Below, in pieces: positions 25,742-34,169 of a DNA stretch of 61,711 bases. This DNA is from an uncultured Pseudomonadota bacterium (GTDB lineage Bacteria; Desulfobacterota; Binatia; Binatales; Binataceae). Where the stretch lies: NCBI GenBank assembly GCA_937889395.1, contig CALAOW010000083.1, positions 1-61,711 on the forward strand. Reading direction: 5' to 3'. The position numbers and the translations under genes were made by a program. Under the pieces are notes generated by a model. The model was not told the DNA's origin and did no database searches. It saw nothing but the letters and a program-made list of their open reading frames with translations. The stretch's first letter is position 1, and each line of letters starts with the position of its first letter.

Positions 25742-28351
25742 TCAGTCCTTCTTGATGAATCCGGCCGGGACGGCAGCCGCAACCAGCAGCAACATCCATC
25801 CGATGAATAGCTGAATTAGCGAATAGAATTCATATCTCCAGTACCCGATACCCTCAATCAGCCGCCAATGCGACTTCTGGCCAAGGTCGAAGGGACTAAT
25901 GACATCGAGCGAATAAAGAGGTGCATGGAAGCGGGGATAAGCTGGCGTCAGTTCTTCCATCTTCGAATTTTCGTAATCCGTGTAAGCTGCCTGCTCGGAG
26001 GGAACGAGCACGTTGGCAGAGTGGGCGCGCGAGAACACACAGGTTCCTATGAGCACCAACAGCACGAGCCAGCCGAACGCCCGCCACGGTTTGTACCCGT
26101 AGCCGACGGCGAGATAGAGAAACCAACTACGGATCCAACCCAAGAAGCCGAGATGGCCGCGCTTGCGCAAGTCCTTCTGCTTGGCGATCGCAACTTTCGC
26201 GACCTGATGCTCATGGCCGATCCGCCGCAGGACGGCGATTAACTGCTCGTATGGCTGGGGAAGATAACCTTCGTTTTCTGGCTGCAAGCCCAGCCACCTG
26301 AGCCGCTCCTTCGCAATGATCGGTGCTTTCTCATCGATCGGTGCTCCCGCACCGGCCGGCGCTTTCGCATCGATCAATGGTTTCGGATCGGGTACCGCAT
26401 CTATGCGGTCATAGACGAACCCATCAAGATGCAACCCTCCCTTTTCCGGCCAGCTAGACTCCTGATCGGCCAAGGGTCCTACCTTCGCATCGGTCAAGTT
26501 CAATGATCGCTTCCATTTCTTGTCTCGAAAGTCAGGGTGGGCGTCCTTGTGGATGTTTTGCCAAAGGAACGGCCCGGTAATATGGGCGCTATCAAGATTT
26601 AATTCGTCCAGCCAGGCGTCATCGACCTCCAGTTGCCCATTTACTTCTGCTCGGCACAGCCATACTTCGCCTTCGGCAACGAATTTGTCGCGCAGCAAGA
26701 CGCTGCCGTGCACCTTAATGCTGTCGGCGTTCAAGGCGATGGCCTCGCCGGTCACTTTGGTGCCATCTGCGTTCGGGGCGTTTTCGTCCGGCCTTTTGAA
26801 TCTTCCGCCCGTTGCATCTAGATCGCCCCCGATGGTAGCGCCGAGCAGCCGCACCTCGCCCTCGGCGCTGAAGGCTTTCCTCAGGAAGATGTCGCCCGTC
26901 ACCTTGATGCCGTCGGCGTTCAGGGCGGTCTCATTCTTAGTGCCGTCAGGATTCAAGGCGTTTCCGCTCGGCTTTTTGAATGTTCCGTCCGTCGCATCCA
27001 AATTGCCGCCGATGGTAGCGCCGAGCAGCCGCACTTGGCCGTCGGCGCTGAAGCCCCGCCTCAGGAAGACGCCGCCGCTCACCTTGATGCGGTTGGCGCT
27101 CAGGGCGGAGCCTTTCGGATTTAGATTCTTAAATGTTCCGCCGTTCGCATTAAGGTCACCCCCGATGGTCGCGCCGTGCAGCCGCACCTCACCCTCGGCG
27201 ACGAATTTGCTCTGGATTTCGTCTTTGGCGTTCAACTCTCGCGTCATAAAGACGCTACCGTCGATCTTGGCGCGGTCGGCGTTCAAGGCGTACCCTTCCG
27301 GCTCTTTAAATGTTCCGCCTCTCGCATCCAGACTGCCGCCGATGGCCGCGCCGACTAGGCGCATCTCGCCCTCGGCAGCGAATTTGCGGCGCAGCAAGAC
27401 GTTGCCGCCCACCTTGATGCGTTCTGCGTTCAGAGCGGTTTCATTCTTGGTGCCGTCGGAGTTCAAGACGTTTCCGCACGGCTTTTTAAATGTTCCGCCC
27501 GTCGCGTCCAGATTGCCCCCGATAGTCGCGCCGAGCAGCCGCACCTCGCCCTCGGCGTTGAAGCCGCTCCTCAGGAAAACGCTGCCCGCCACCCTGACGC
27601 CGTCGGCACTCAGGGCTTTCCCGTTCGACCTTTTGAATGTTCCGCCGTCGGCCTCTAGGTTGCCCCCGACGATCGCGCCGAGCAGCCGCACTTCGCCTTC
27701 GGCCATGAACTCATTCTGTACCTTGCCCTCGGCGTTCAGCTCTTGCTTCATAAAGACGTTGCCGCCGATCTTGGCGCCATCGGCGCTCAAGGCCTTGCCG
27801 CTCAGGTTTTTGAATGTTCCACCTTCCGCACTCAGATCGCCCCCGATGGTCGCACCGAGCAGCCGCACCTCACCCTCGGCGTGGAAACCACCGTTCAGAA
27901 AGATATCGCCCTCCAACTTAAGCCCGTCGGCATCTATCGCCCGGGGCCAACTGCCCTTCAGGCTGAGCAGGGGCATCTTCGCATATTCCAAGTCAACATC
28001 GCGTTCCACACGGCAGCTCAACAGGGCAAGAGGGAAAAGCACGTTGGTAAAGCTGAGGTCGAGGTCGCCCGTTATCCGGGCGCCCTGAATCCAGACGCCC
28101 TTCGGATCGACCAGCTCGCGGGCTTCATGATCGACGACAAGCCAGCGGATAAGATCGGCGCGGACGTTGCGCGTTTCCGGCCATTGTTCGCCGAGAGGCC
28201 TAGGCGTTCCGTCGACATTCTGCAGATCTTCGTCTCCGCCGAGATCGCGGCAATCTGCTGTGGTCCCGCCGGGCGCGGCCTGTAGGACCCTTCCCTCGGC
28301 CTCAGACAGGAACGGGAACTTTTTCCGCGCCATTCCCTCCAGTGTGGCCAT
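25742..28351 (-). CDS. Repeat-built (predicted beta-helix) membrane protein of unknown function, 870 aa
   Basis: GGGGGAG RBS, then ATG at 28351. There are 7-8 tandem units of about 50-60 aa (AEGEVRLLGATIGGNLDATGGTFKKP..ALNADGIKV.G.VFLR..F) and a C-terminal hydrophobic domain (WFLYLAVGYGYKPWRAFGWLVLLVLIGTCVF ... LIQLFIGWMLLLVAAAVPAGF). Confidence 0.8.
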   Translation of the reverse strand: MATLEGMARKKFPFLSEAEGRVLQAAPGGTTADCRDLGGDEDLQNVDGTPRPLGEQWPETRNVRADLIRWLVVDHEARELVDPKGVWIQGARITGDLDLSFTNVLFPLALLSCRVERDVDLEYAKMPLLSLKGSWPRAIDADGLKLEGDIFLNGGFHAEGEVRLLGATIGGDLSAEGGTFKNLSGKALSADGAKIGGNVFMKQELNAEGKVQNEFMAEGEVRLLGAIVGGNLEADGGTFKRSNGKALSADGVRVAGSVFLRSGFNAEGEVRLLGATIGGNLDATGGTFKKPCGNVLNSDGTKNETALNAERIKVGGNVLLRRKFAAEGEMRLVGAAIGGSLDARGGTFKEPEGYALNADRAKIDGSVFMTRELNAKDEIQSKFVAEGEVRLHGATIGGDLNANGGTFKNLNPKGSALSANRIKVSGGVFLRRGFSADGQVRLLGATIGGNLDATDGTFKKPSGNALNPDGTKNETALNADGIKVTGDIFLRKAFSAEGEVRLLGATIGGDLDATGGRFKRPDENAPNADGTKVTGEAIALNADSIKVHGSVLLRDKFVAEGEVWLCRAEVNGQLEVDDAWLDELNLDSAHITGPFLWQNIHKDAHPDFRDKKWKRSLNLTDAKVGPLADQESSWPEKGGLHLDGFVYDRIDAVPDPKPLIDAKAPAGAGAPIDEKAPIIAKERLRWLGLQPENEGYLPQPYEQLIAVLRRIGHEHQVAKVAIAKQKDLRKRGHLGFLGWIRSWFLYLAVGYGYKPWRAFGWLVLLVLIGTCVFSRAHSANVLVPSEQAAYTDYENSKMEELTPAYPRFHAPLYSLDVISPFDLGQKSHWRLIEGIGYWRYEFYSLIQLFIGWMLLLVAAAVPAGFIKKD

Positions 28352-28436
28352 TCGCTCCCCCTGCACGGGCTATTGTCTAGCGTCCCACGCGGCATAACGC
28401 GATAGCCGCCGCGCCAGCAAACAATCGAAGCTCCGC

Positions 28437-28687
28437 GTGTCATTCTGAACGAAAGCTGCTGAAGTGAAGAATCCCGGATCCGGGGTCCCTCCACTCCGCA
28501 GACTCCGGTCGGGATGACGCAAGAAAAGCGCGCGACCCCTCGTGTCATTCTGAGCGAAAGCTGCTGTGCTTGAGCCGAAGCCCTGAGCGAAGCCGAAGGG
28601 GAAGAATCTCGACGGATGCCCGGCGTCCGGCGTCGGCCAGACACGCGCTGGCGCGCGCGAGATCCTTCGCTGCGCTCAGGATGACAC
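28437..28687. repeat. Cluster of module-C hairpin repeats (two direct, one inverted, plus a degenerate fragment)
   Basis: gtgtcattctgaacgaaagctgctgaagtgaagaatc (28437-28473), gtgtcattctgagcgaaagctgctg...gaagaatc (28542-28608), and inverted gatccttcgctgcgctcaggatgacac (28661-28687). Confidence 0.85.
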
Positions 28688-28694
28688 AAAAAAA

Positions 28695-28855
28695 GTTCTA
28701 ACAGGCCGTCAGGCCGCATCTTCTCTTTTCACTTTTTCACTGGGTGCAGGGTCACCCCTGGCCGTGGCGACTGCCGCGCAGTATTAAGCCGTTGGCAGGG
28801 GCCGCGCCCGCCAACGGCGGGCGGCCTTAACACTGAGTCCAGGGGTCACCCCTGG
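28695..28855. repeat. Module B (inverted) fused to module A (direct), right copy
   Basis: gttctaacaggccgtcaggccgcatcttctcttttcactttttcactgggtgcag is the reverse complement of the left module B with an internal agtgaaaa duplication. It is followed by module A at 28747-28855. Confidence 0.85.
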
Positions 28856-29017
28856 TGCGTCTGTTTCTCCCACGGCCGAGAGCGAGAGACGCGGCTCGCG
28901 CGTATCTCGCGATTTACCTTGCGCCCCCGTCGCAACGGGCGCCCACCGCGCAGGTGATTCTTCCTTCATGCGCTACTGCTCTACGCGCACGGGGTCACCC
29001 CTGCTATCGTCATAGTA

Positions 29018-30028
29018 GTGGCAAATCCCGAAATAACCGATCGTCCCGGCCCTCCCGCATCCGCCGAGGCGGCCGCTTTCGACTCCGCTTACGATGCGGT
29101 CATAAGCGCGGCGGGCGTGCTCGTCCTCGACGGCCGAATCGTCGTGCGCGTGACCGGCGACGATCGCGCCTCGTTCTTCCACGGCATGTGCACCGCCGAC
29201 GTAAAGGGCGCCAAGCCCGGTTCAATCCTGCCCGCGCTGTTTCTGACCGAGCACGCGCACGTGATCGCCGACGCGTTCATCTGGGTGACCGGCGATGCGC
29301 TCGTGCTCGATATCGACTCCGATGCGTGGACGCGCACGCGGGCGCATCTTGAGCGCCTGCTGGTCGCCGACGATGTCGAATTCGAAGAACTGGGCGAGCT
29401 TGCCCTGATCGACGTCGAGGGACCTGCCGCCCGCGGCGCGGCCTGCTCCGCTGAAGTGGATGCGTCCCTGCCCCCATGGCGCTTCATCGAAGCCGGCAGC
29501 TCGCTAATCGGCAACTTGCCTCGTTACGGCGGACCCGCTGTATCTGTAATCGCTTCGCGCGATTCGATCGATTCGACCATCGCCAACATACTTGCCAAAG
29601 CGCCGCATTCGCGCCGCGTCGATTCGAGCCCGCTCGAAACTATCCGCGTCGAGAACGGCATCGCACTCATCGGGGTCGATACCACTGACAAGACGATCGC
29701 ACTCGAGGCGCGGCTCGATCGTGCAATCTCGTTCTCCAAAGGATGCTACCTCGGGCAGGAAACTATCGAGCGAGCGACCGCGCGCGGCGGTTTGAAAAAA
29801 CGGATGTTCGGACTTAAGTTCAGCAATGCGCATGTGCCGCCCGTCGGCGCGGTCGTCAATCTGGCCGGGATCGAAGTCGGCCGTGTGACCAGTGCCGTGC
29901 GCTCGCCGCGCTTGGGCGCGATCGGGCTTGCGATTTTGCACCGCAGCGCATGGACGCCCGGGGTTGAGTTGAAGATTGGCGGAGACGGTGCCGCGATCGT
30001 GACTGATTTGCCGTTCGCGCAGAGTTAA
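29018..30028 (+). CDS. ygfZ: Folate-binding YgfZ/CAF17-family protein (GcvT-like fold; Fe-S cluster / tRNA modification associated)
   Basis: Signature KGCYLGQE (SFSKGCYLGQETIERA) and a GcvT-like N-terminal domain. GTG start. Confidence 0.8.
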   Translation: MANPEITDRPGPPASAEAAAFDSAYDAVISAAGVLVLDGRIVVRVTGDDRASFFHGMCTADVKGAKPGSILPALFLTEHAHVIADAFIWVTGDALVLDIDSDAWTRTRAHLERLLVADDVEFEELGELALIDVEGPAARGAACSAEVDASLPPWRFIEAGSSLIGNLPRYGGPAVSVIASRDSIDSTIANILAKAPHSRRVDSSPLETIRVENGIALIGVDTTDKTIALEARLDRAISFSKGCYLGQETIERATARGGLKKRMFGLKFSNAHVPPVGAVVNLAGIEVGRVTSAVRSPRLGAIGLAILHRSAWTPGVELKIGGDGAAIVTDLPFAQS

Positions 30029-30096
30029 AGAGTTGAAGCGATACTTTAAATTTACCATGAGGGCCCGCACGGCCCCGGTTCAAGGAGAGGATTGCG

Positions 30097-30240
30097 ATGG
30101 CTAACGTGCTCGGTAAGCGTTACCTGTGCGAAAAATGCGGCACTGAGGTGCTCTGCAACAAGGCTGGCCCCGGCGGCCTCGAGTGTTGCGAGGTCGAGAT
30201 GAAGATCAAGGAAGCCAAGCCGCTTCCAAGTTCCGACTAG
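30097..30240 (+). CDS. Desulforedoxin-type small metal-binding protein (47 aa)
   Basis: Not in the ORF track (under 60 aa). AAGGAGAGG RBS 6 nt before the ATG. MANVLGKRYLCEKCGTEVLCNKAGPGGLECCEVEM has the C-x2-C-x15-CC spacing of desulforedoxin. Confidence 0.7.
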   Translation: MANVLGKRYLCEKCGTEVLCNKAGPGGLECCEVEMKIKEAKPLPSSD

Positions 30241-30282
30241 AACGTCCGTACGCCGCCGCGCTCGGTCGCAGGCGACGAAGGC

Positions 30283-31854
30283 ATGCGTTCCAAAGTGGTA
30301 GTCGCGCCCGCGAAAGCCGACCTGGTTCTTCACGAGGGTCTGGTCCTCGGCCACCCCGGTAGCGACTCGGTTGCCATCTCTGGCGGCTTGATCGCCGCGC
30401 ACGGCCCGTTTGCGGAACTGAAGCCGCTGGTCGGTCCGCGAACTCATCTGATCAAACTCGCGGGCCGCGCCGTCGCTCCCGGCTTCATCGATTCGCACCT
30501 CCATTTCCTGCAAGCTGCTGCCGCTGCCACCGGAATCTCGGTTCAGCGATGCCGCACGGTGGGCGATCTGCTGGGCGATCTGCGGCTTGCCGGCGGCAAG
30601 ACTCCGCCCGGCAACTGGCTGCGCGCGTTCGGATGCGACGAAGCGCTGATGCTCGAAAAGCGCGGGCCCACGCGCGCCGAGCTCGATCAGTCGATCCCCA
30701 AGAATCCGCTGCGCTTGCGCCATCAGACGTTGCACGCGACCTGGCTCAACTCGCGCGCCATCGCGGTGCTGGGCCTCGAGGCTCCCGGCTTCACTCCGCC
30801 GCTGGGCGCCAACATGATTCGCGACGCCGCCGGCAAGCTCACCGGCCTCGTAGTCGGGATGGAAACGTGGCTGTCTAATCATCTCCCGCTCGTGACCGCC
30901 GCGGAATCGGAATCACGCGCGCGCATCATGAGCCGCGAACTGGCCGCCGCGGGAGTAACCACGTTCACCGACGCGACCACGCGCAACGGCCCCGTCGAAG
31001 TCGAACTGTTCGCCAAGCTGGCGGATTCGGGCGCGATATGCCAACGCGTCGGCGTGATGATCGGCGGGCAGCATCTCGACGCCGTCGATCGATGCGAACA
31101 ACTGGCCCGCGCCGCTGGAATCGGGTTGGCCGCCGTCAAGTTCATGCCCGGCTATCAGTACGACCCTGCCGGGCTCGCGCGCCCCGTGCTCCACGCGCTC
31201 GATCGCGGCCTCGATTGCGCCTTTCATGCGACCGAAATGGAAGAATTGGAAGAGGCGGTCGCCGCGATCGAAGCCGCCAGGGCGGGTTCCGCCGGCGAAC
31301 GAGCCATTGCGCGGTTTCGCATCGAACACGGCGGGCTGATTACGCCCAACTACATAGACCGGCTCATGGCGCTCGGCGTGTGGGTCGTCACCAACCCCGG
31401 CTTCATCCACTTCCGCGGTCCCAAGTACGCCGCGGAGCCCGGCCTCGTCGCGCATCTCTACCGCGCACGAAGCCTCAAGGCCGCTGGTGTTCATCTGGTC
31501 GGCGCCACCGACGCCCCGGTCACACCTGCCAAGCCGCTCGCGGCGATTGCGGCCGCGGTTTCCCGCACCACCATCGACGGCGTCGAGCTCGCACCCGCCG
31601 AAGCGCTCCCCGTCCACGAGGCCTTCGCGCTTTTCACGATCGACGCTGCGCTCCTCGCCCGGATCGAGGCCGGCGCCATCGAGCCCGACCGTCTTGCCGA
31701 TCTTATCGTGTTGCCGCGCGACCCGTTCTCGCTCAAGCCCGCCGATCTGATGAACCTCGCCGTCGATATAACAATCGTCGGCGGCCGCGTGGTTTACGAG
31801 CGCGGCCGTCCCGCCATCGCCAGCAGCGACAGCGCCGACCTGCGTTCCGGATGA
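30283..31854 (+). CDS. Amidohydrolase-family metallohydrolase (Amidohydro_3-like)
   Basis: VAPGFIDSHLHF metal-binding HxH motif near the N-terminus, a C-terminal ...GATDAPV motif and a DL.VL..DP tail. Confidence 0.8.
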   Translation: MRSKVVVAPAKADLVLHEGLVLGHPGSDSVAISGGLIAAHGPFAELKPLVGPRTHLIKLAGRAVAPGFIDSHLHFLQAAAAATGISVQRCRTVGDLLGDLRLAGGKTPPGNWLRAFGCDEALMLEKRGPTRAELDQSIPKNPLRLRHQTLHATWLNSRAIAVLGLEAPGFTPPLGANMIRDAAGKLTGLVVGMETWLSNHLPLVTAAESESRARIMSRELAAAGVTTFTDATTRNGPVEVELFAKLADSGAICQRVGVMIGGQHLDAVDRCEQLARAAGIGLAAVKFMPGYQYDPAGLARPVLHALDRGLDCAFHATEMEELEEAVAAIEAARAGSAGERAIARFRIEHGGLITPNYIDRLMALGVWVVTNPGFIHFRGPKYAAEPGLVAHLYRARSLKAAGVHLVGATDAPVTPAKPLAAIAAAVSRTTIDGVELAPAEALPVHEAFALFTIDAALLARIEAGAIEPDRLADLIVLPRDPFSLKPADLMNLAVDITIVGGRVVYERGRPAIASSDSADLRSG

Positions 31855-32588
31855 TGCCATCGAGCGGTTCGAGCGCGGTTCTCTACAGCAAGCGCGGGCC
31901 CGTCGCGTGGGTCACACTCAATCGTCCCGATCAATTCAACGCTTACAACATGGCGATGCGCGACGATCTGTTTCAGGTCCTCGCCGCCATCCACGACGAC
32001 CGCGAGGTTCGCGCGATGGTCTTGCGGGGCGCCGGTCAGGCCTTCTCGACCGGTGGCGATCTTGCCGAGTTCGGGATGGCGCCCTCGCCGATCGTCGCGC
32101 GATGGGCCCGCTTTCGCCGCGACGTGTGGGGGATGCTTCGCGCGCTGCCTATCCCAAGCATCGCGGCCATCCACGGCTACACGGTCGGCGGCGGACTCGA
32201 GATGGCGCTGCTGTGCGACCTCGCGATCGCCGCCGAAGACACCCGCCTTTGCCTGCCCGAGACCGGCGCCGGCATGATTCCCGGCGTCGCCGGCACCCAG
32301 ACGGCAGCGCGCCGCATCGGCCTGGGCCGCGCCCTCGACCTTTGCCTCACCGGCCGTTGGATTGACGCCCAAGACGCGCTACTTGTAGGTTTGGTCGCCG
32401 AAGTGGTTCCCTTGGCGGATTTGGATCGCCGCGCGCTCTCGATCGCCCGCGCCGTTGGACGCGTCGCCCGCGAGCGGTCCGCGATACTTAAGCTGGCGGT
32501 CTGGGGAGGCCTCGATTTGCCGCTTCGACAGGGACTCGAACTCGAACGCCGGCTTTGGAAGCGCCTCGCGCTGATTACCAATGTCTGA
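31851..32588 (+). CDS. Enoyl-CoA hydratase/isomerase (crotonase) family protein
   Basis: ATG overlaps the upstream stop (ATGA at 31851-31854). VTLNRPDQFNAYN, GAGQAFSTGGDL, GYTVGGGLEMALLCDL.IAAEDT. Confidence 0.85.
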   Translation: MMPSSGSSAVLYSKRGPVAWVTLNRPDQFNAYNMAMRDDLFQVLAAIHDDREVRAMVLRGAGQAFSTGGDLAEFGMAPSPIVARWARFRRDVWGMLRALPIPSIAAIHGYTVGGGLEMALLCDLAIAAEDTRLCLPETGAGMIPGVAGTQTAARRIGLGRALDLCLTGRWIDAQDALLVGLVAEVVPLADLDRRALSIARAVGRVARERSAILKLAVWGGLDLPLRQGLELERRLWKRLALITNV

Positions 32589-32621
32589 TTTGCATTTGCC
32601 GGCTGGGAGGAATCGCGCGCT

Positions 32622-34169
32622 GTGAACACGGTTAACTTCGTCACGATCCCATCGTCGATCGTGCCCGACCAGGAAATCCTGGTCTTCGGCGCGCGACGCC
32701 TTACTTACGCGGATCTGAACGACCAGGTCGCGCGCCTGTGCGCGGTCTTCAAACAATTCGGTTTGGCGCATGGCGACGTCGTTGCCCTGCTCGACACCAA
32801 TTCCGATCTCTACATCGAATGCTACTACGCTGCCGCCAAGGCCGGGCTCACATTCCTGCCGCTCAACTATCGCGCCAAGGATGCCGAGCTCGAATACATG
32901 ATCAACACCGCACAGGCGAAGGCGTTGCTGGTCGGCGATCGCTACCTCGAACTGATAAGCAAAATTCAGTCCCGGCTCAGCGCGAGCAGGATCGTCGCGA
33001 TCGGCGACGCTGCCCGCGGATTGCCGCGGCTCGCCGATCTGATCGCCAAGACTGCGCCCGATGAATCCGAAGCTGAAGTCGAAGACGAGGATATTTCGAT
33101 CCTGATGTACACCAGCGGCACCACCTCACTGCCCAAGGGTGTGCAGTTGCGCTTTCGCGATTTCACCGCCTACGTGACCGCCAACGTCGAGATGGCCGAC
33201 GGCACCGATCGCGGCGTCGCGCTGCTGTGCGTGCCGTTTTATCACATCGCCGGAACGACCGCGTACATGACCAACATCTGGACCGGCCGCAAGATGATCG
33301 TGATGCCGCAATTCGACGCCCGCGCGTGGCTCGATCTCGTCCAGCGCGAGCGCGTCACGCATGCCTTCGTCGTGCCCACGATGATGAAGCAGATCATCGA
33401 CGAGCCGTCATTTGCGAACTCCGATCTCTCCAGCCTGACCAACCTCGCCTACGGCGGCGCGGCGATGCCGGTGCAGGTAATTCGCCGCGCGATTGAAGTC
33501 TTCCCCAAACAAGTCGGCTTCGTGAACGCGTACGGACAGACTGAAACGACTTCATCGCTGACCGTGCTCGGCCCCGACGATCATAGAATCGAGGGCACGC
33601 CCGAGCAGATCGAGCTCAAACTCAAACGCCTCAATTCGGTAGGCTTGCCTCTCCCCGATGTCGAGATTCGCGTCCGCGACGAGGACGGTAACTTTCTCCC
33701 CGCCGGCCAGGTCGGCGAAATAATCATCCGCACCCCGCGAATCATGAAGGGCTACGCCGGCCGCGACGACAACGCGCGATTGCTCGACGGATGGCGCGCC
33801 ACGGGCGATCTCGGATGGCTCGACAGCGACGGCTACGTGTTCTTCGCCGGCCGCAAGGACGACATGATCATCCGCGGCGGCGAAAATATTGCTCCCGCGG
33901 AAATCGAAACCGTCCTCATGAGCCATCCGGCCGTCGATGAATGCGCCGTTATCGGCGTGCCCTCCGTCGAGTGGGGGCAGACCGTCAAGGCCTTCATCGT
34001 TGTGCGCAAGGGGAAAAAGGCGACCGAGCAAGAGCTCGCCGAGTTCTGCCGCTCGCGGCTTGCCAGCTTCAAGCGTCCCGAGCATATCGAGTTCATCGAC
34101 GCGCTGCCCAAAAATCCGCTCGGCAAAGTCCTGCGCAAAGATCTGCGCGCGCCCGCTGGAGACGTCTGA
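32622..34169 (+). CDS. AMP-dependent acyl-CoA synthetase/ligase
   Basis: Canonical motifs MYTSGTTSLPKGV, YGQTET, TGDLG..D.DGY and GKVLRKDLR. GTG start. Confidence 0.9.
   Translation: MNTVNFVTIPSSIVPDQEILVFGARRLTYADLNDQVARLCAVFKQFGLAHGDVVALLDTNSDLYIECYYAAAKAGLTFLPLNYRAKDAELEYMINTAQAKALLVGDRYLELISKIQSRLSASRIVAIGDAARGLPRLADLIAKTAPDESEAEVEDEDISILMYTSGTTSLPKGVQLRFRDFTAYVTANVEMADGTDRGVALLCVPFYHIAGTTAYMTNIWTGRKMIVMPQFDARAWLDLVQRERVTHAFVVPTMMKQIIDEPSFANSDLSSLTNLAYGGAAMPVQVIRRAIEVFPKQVGFVNAYGQTETTSSLTVLGPDDHRIEGTPEQIELKLKRLNSVGLPLPDVEIRVRDEDGNFLPAGQVGEIIIRTPRIMKGYAGRDDNARLLDGWRATGDLGWLDSDGYVFFAGRKDDMIIRGGENIAPAEIETVLMSHPAVDECAVIGVPSVEWGQTVKAFIVVRKGKKATEQELAEFCRSRLASFKRPEHIEFIDALPKNPLGKVLRKDLRAPAGDV

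Noticed and set aside
25742-28351. Diversity-generating retroelement or another hypervariation system acting on the repeat protein.
   Set aside because: There is no reverse transcriptase and no template/variable repeat pair with adenine-specific differences anywhere in the window. Differences between units are of all base types.
28072-28719. 215-aa ORF on the minus strand spanning the repeat-rich spacer and the 5' part of the repeat-protein gene.
   Set aside because: Its peptide is a concatenation of repeat-module translations (CHPERSEGS, SLRMTRG, SFRMTRG). It has no RBS or coherent domain, and it overlaps the real gene start at 28351.
25350-29010. Possible CRISPR array, or an IS element or transposon, given the many short repeats and the inverted flanks.
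   Set aside because: The repeats are heterogeneous modules in mixed orientation without regular repeat-spacer periodicity. There are no cas genes, no transposase, integrase or recombinase ORF, and no clear target-site duplication.
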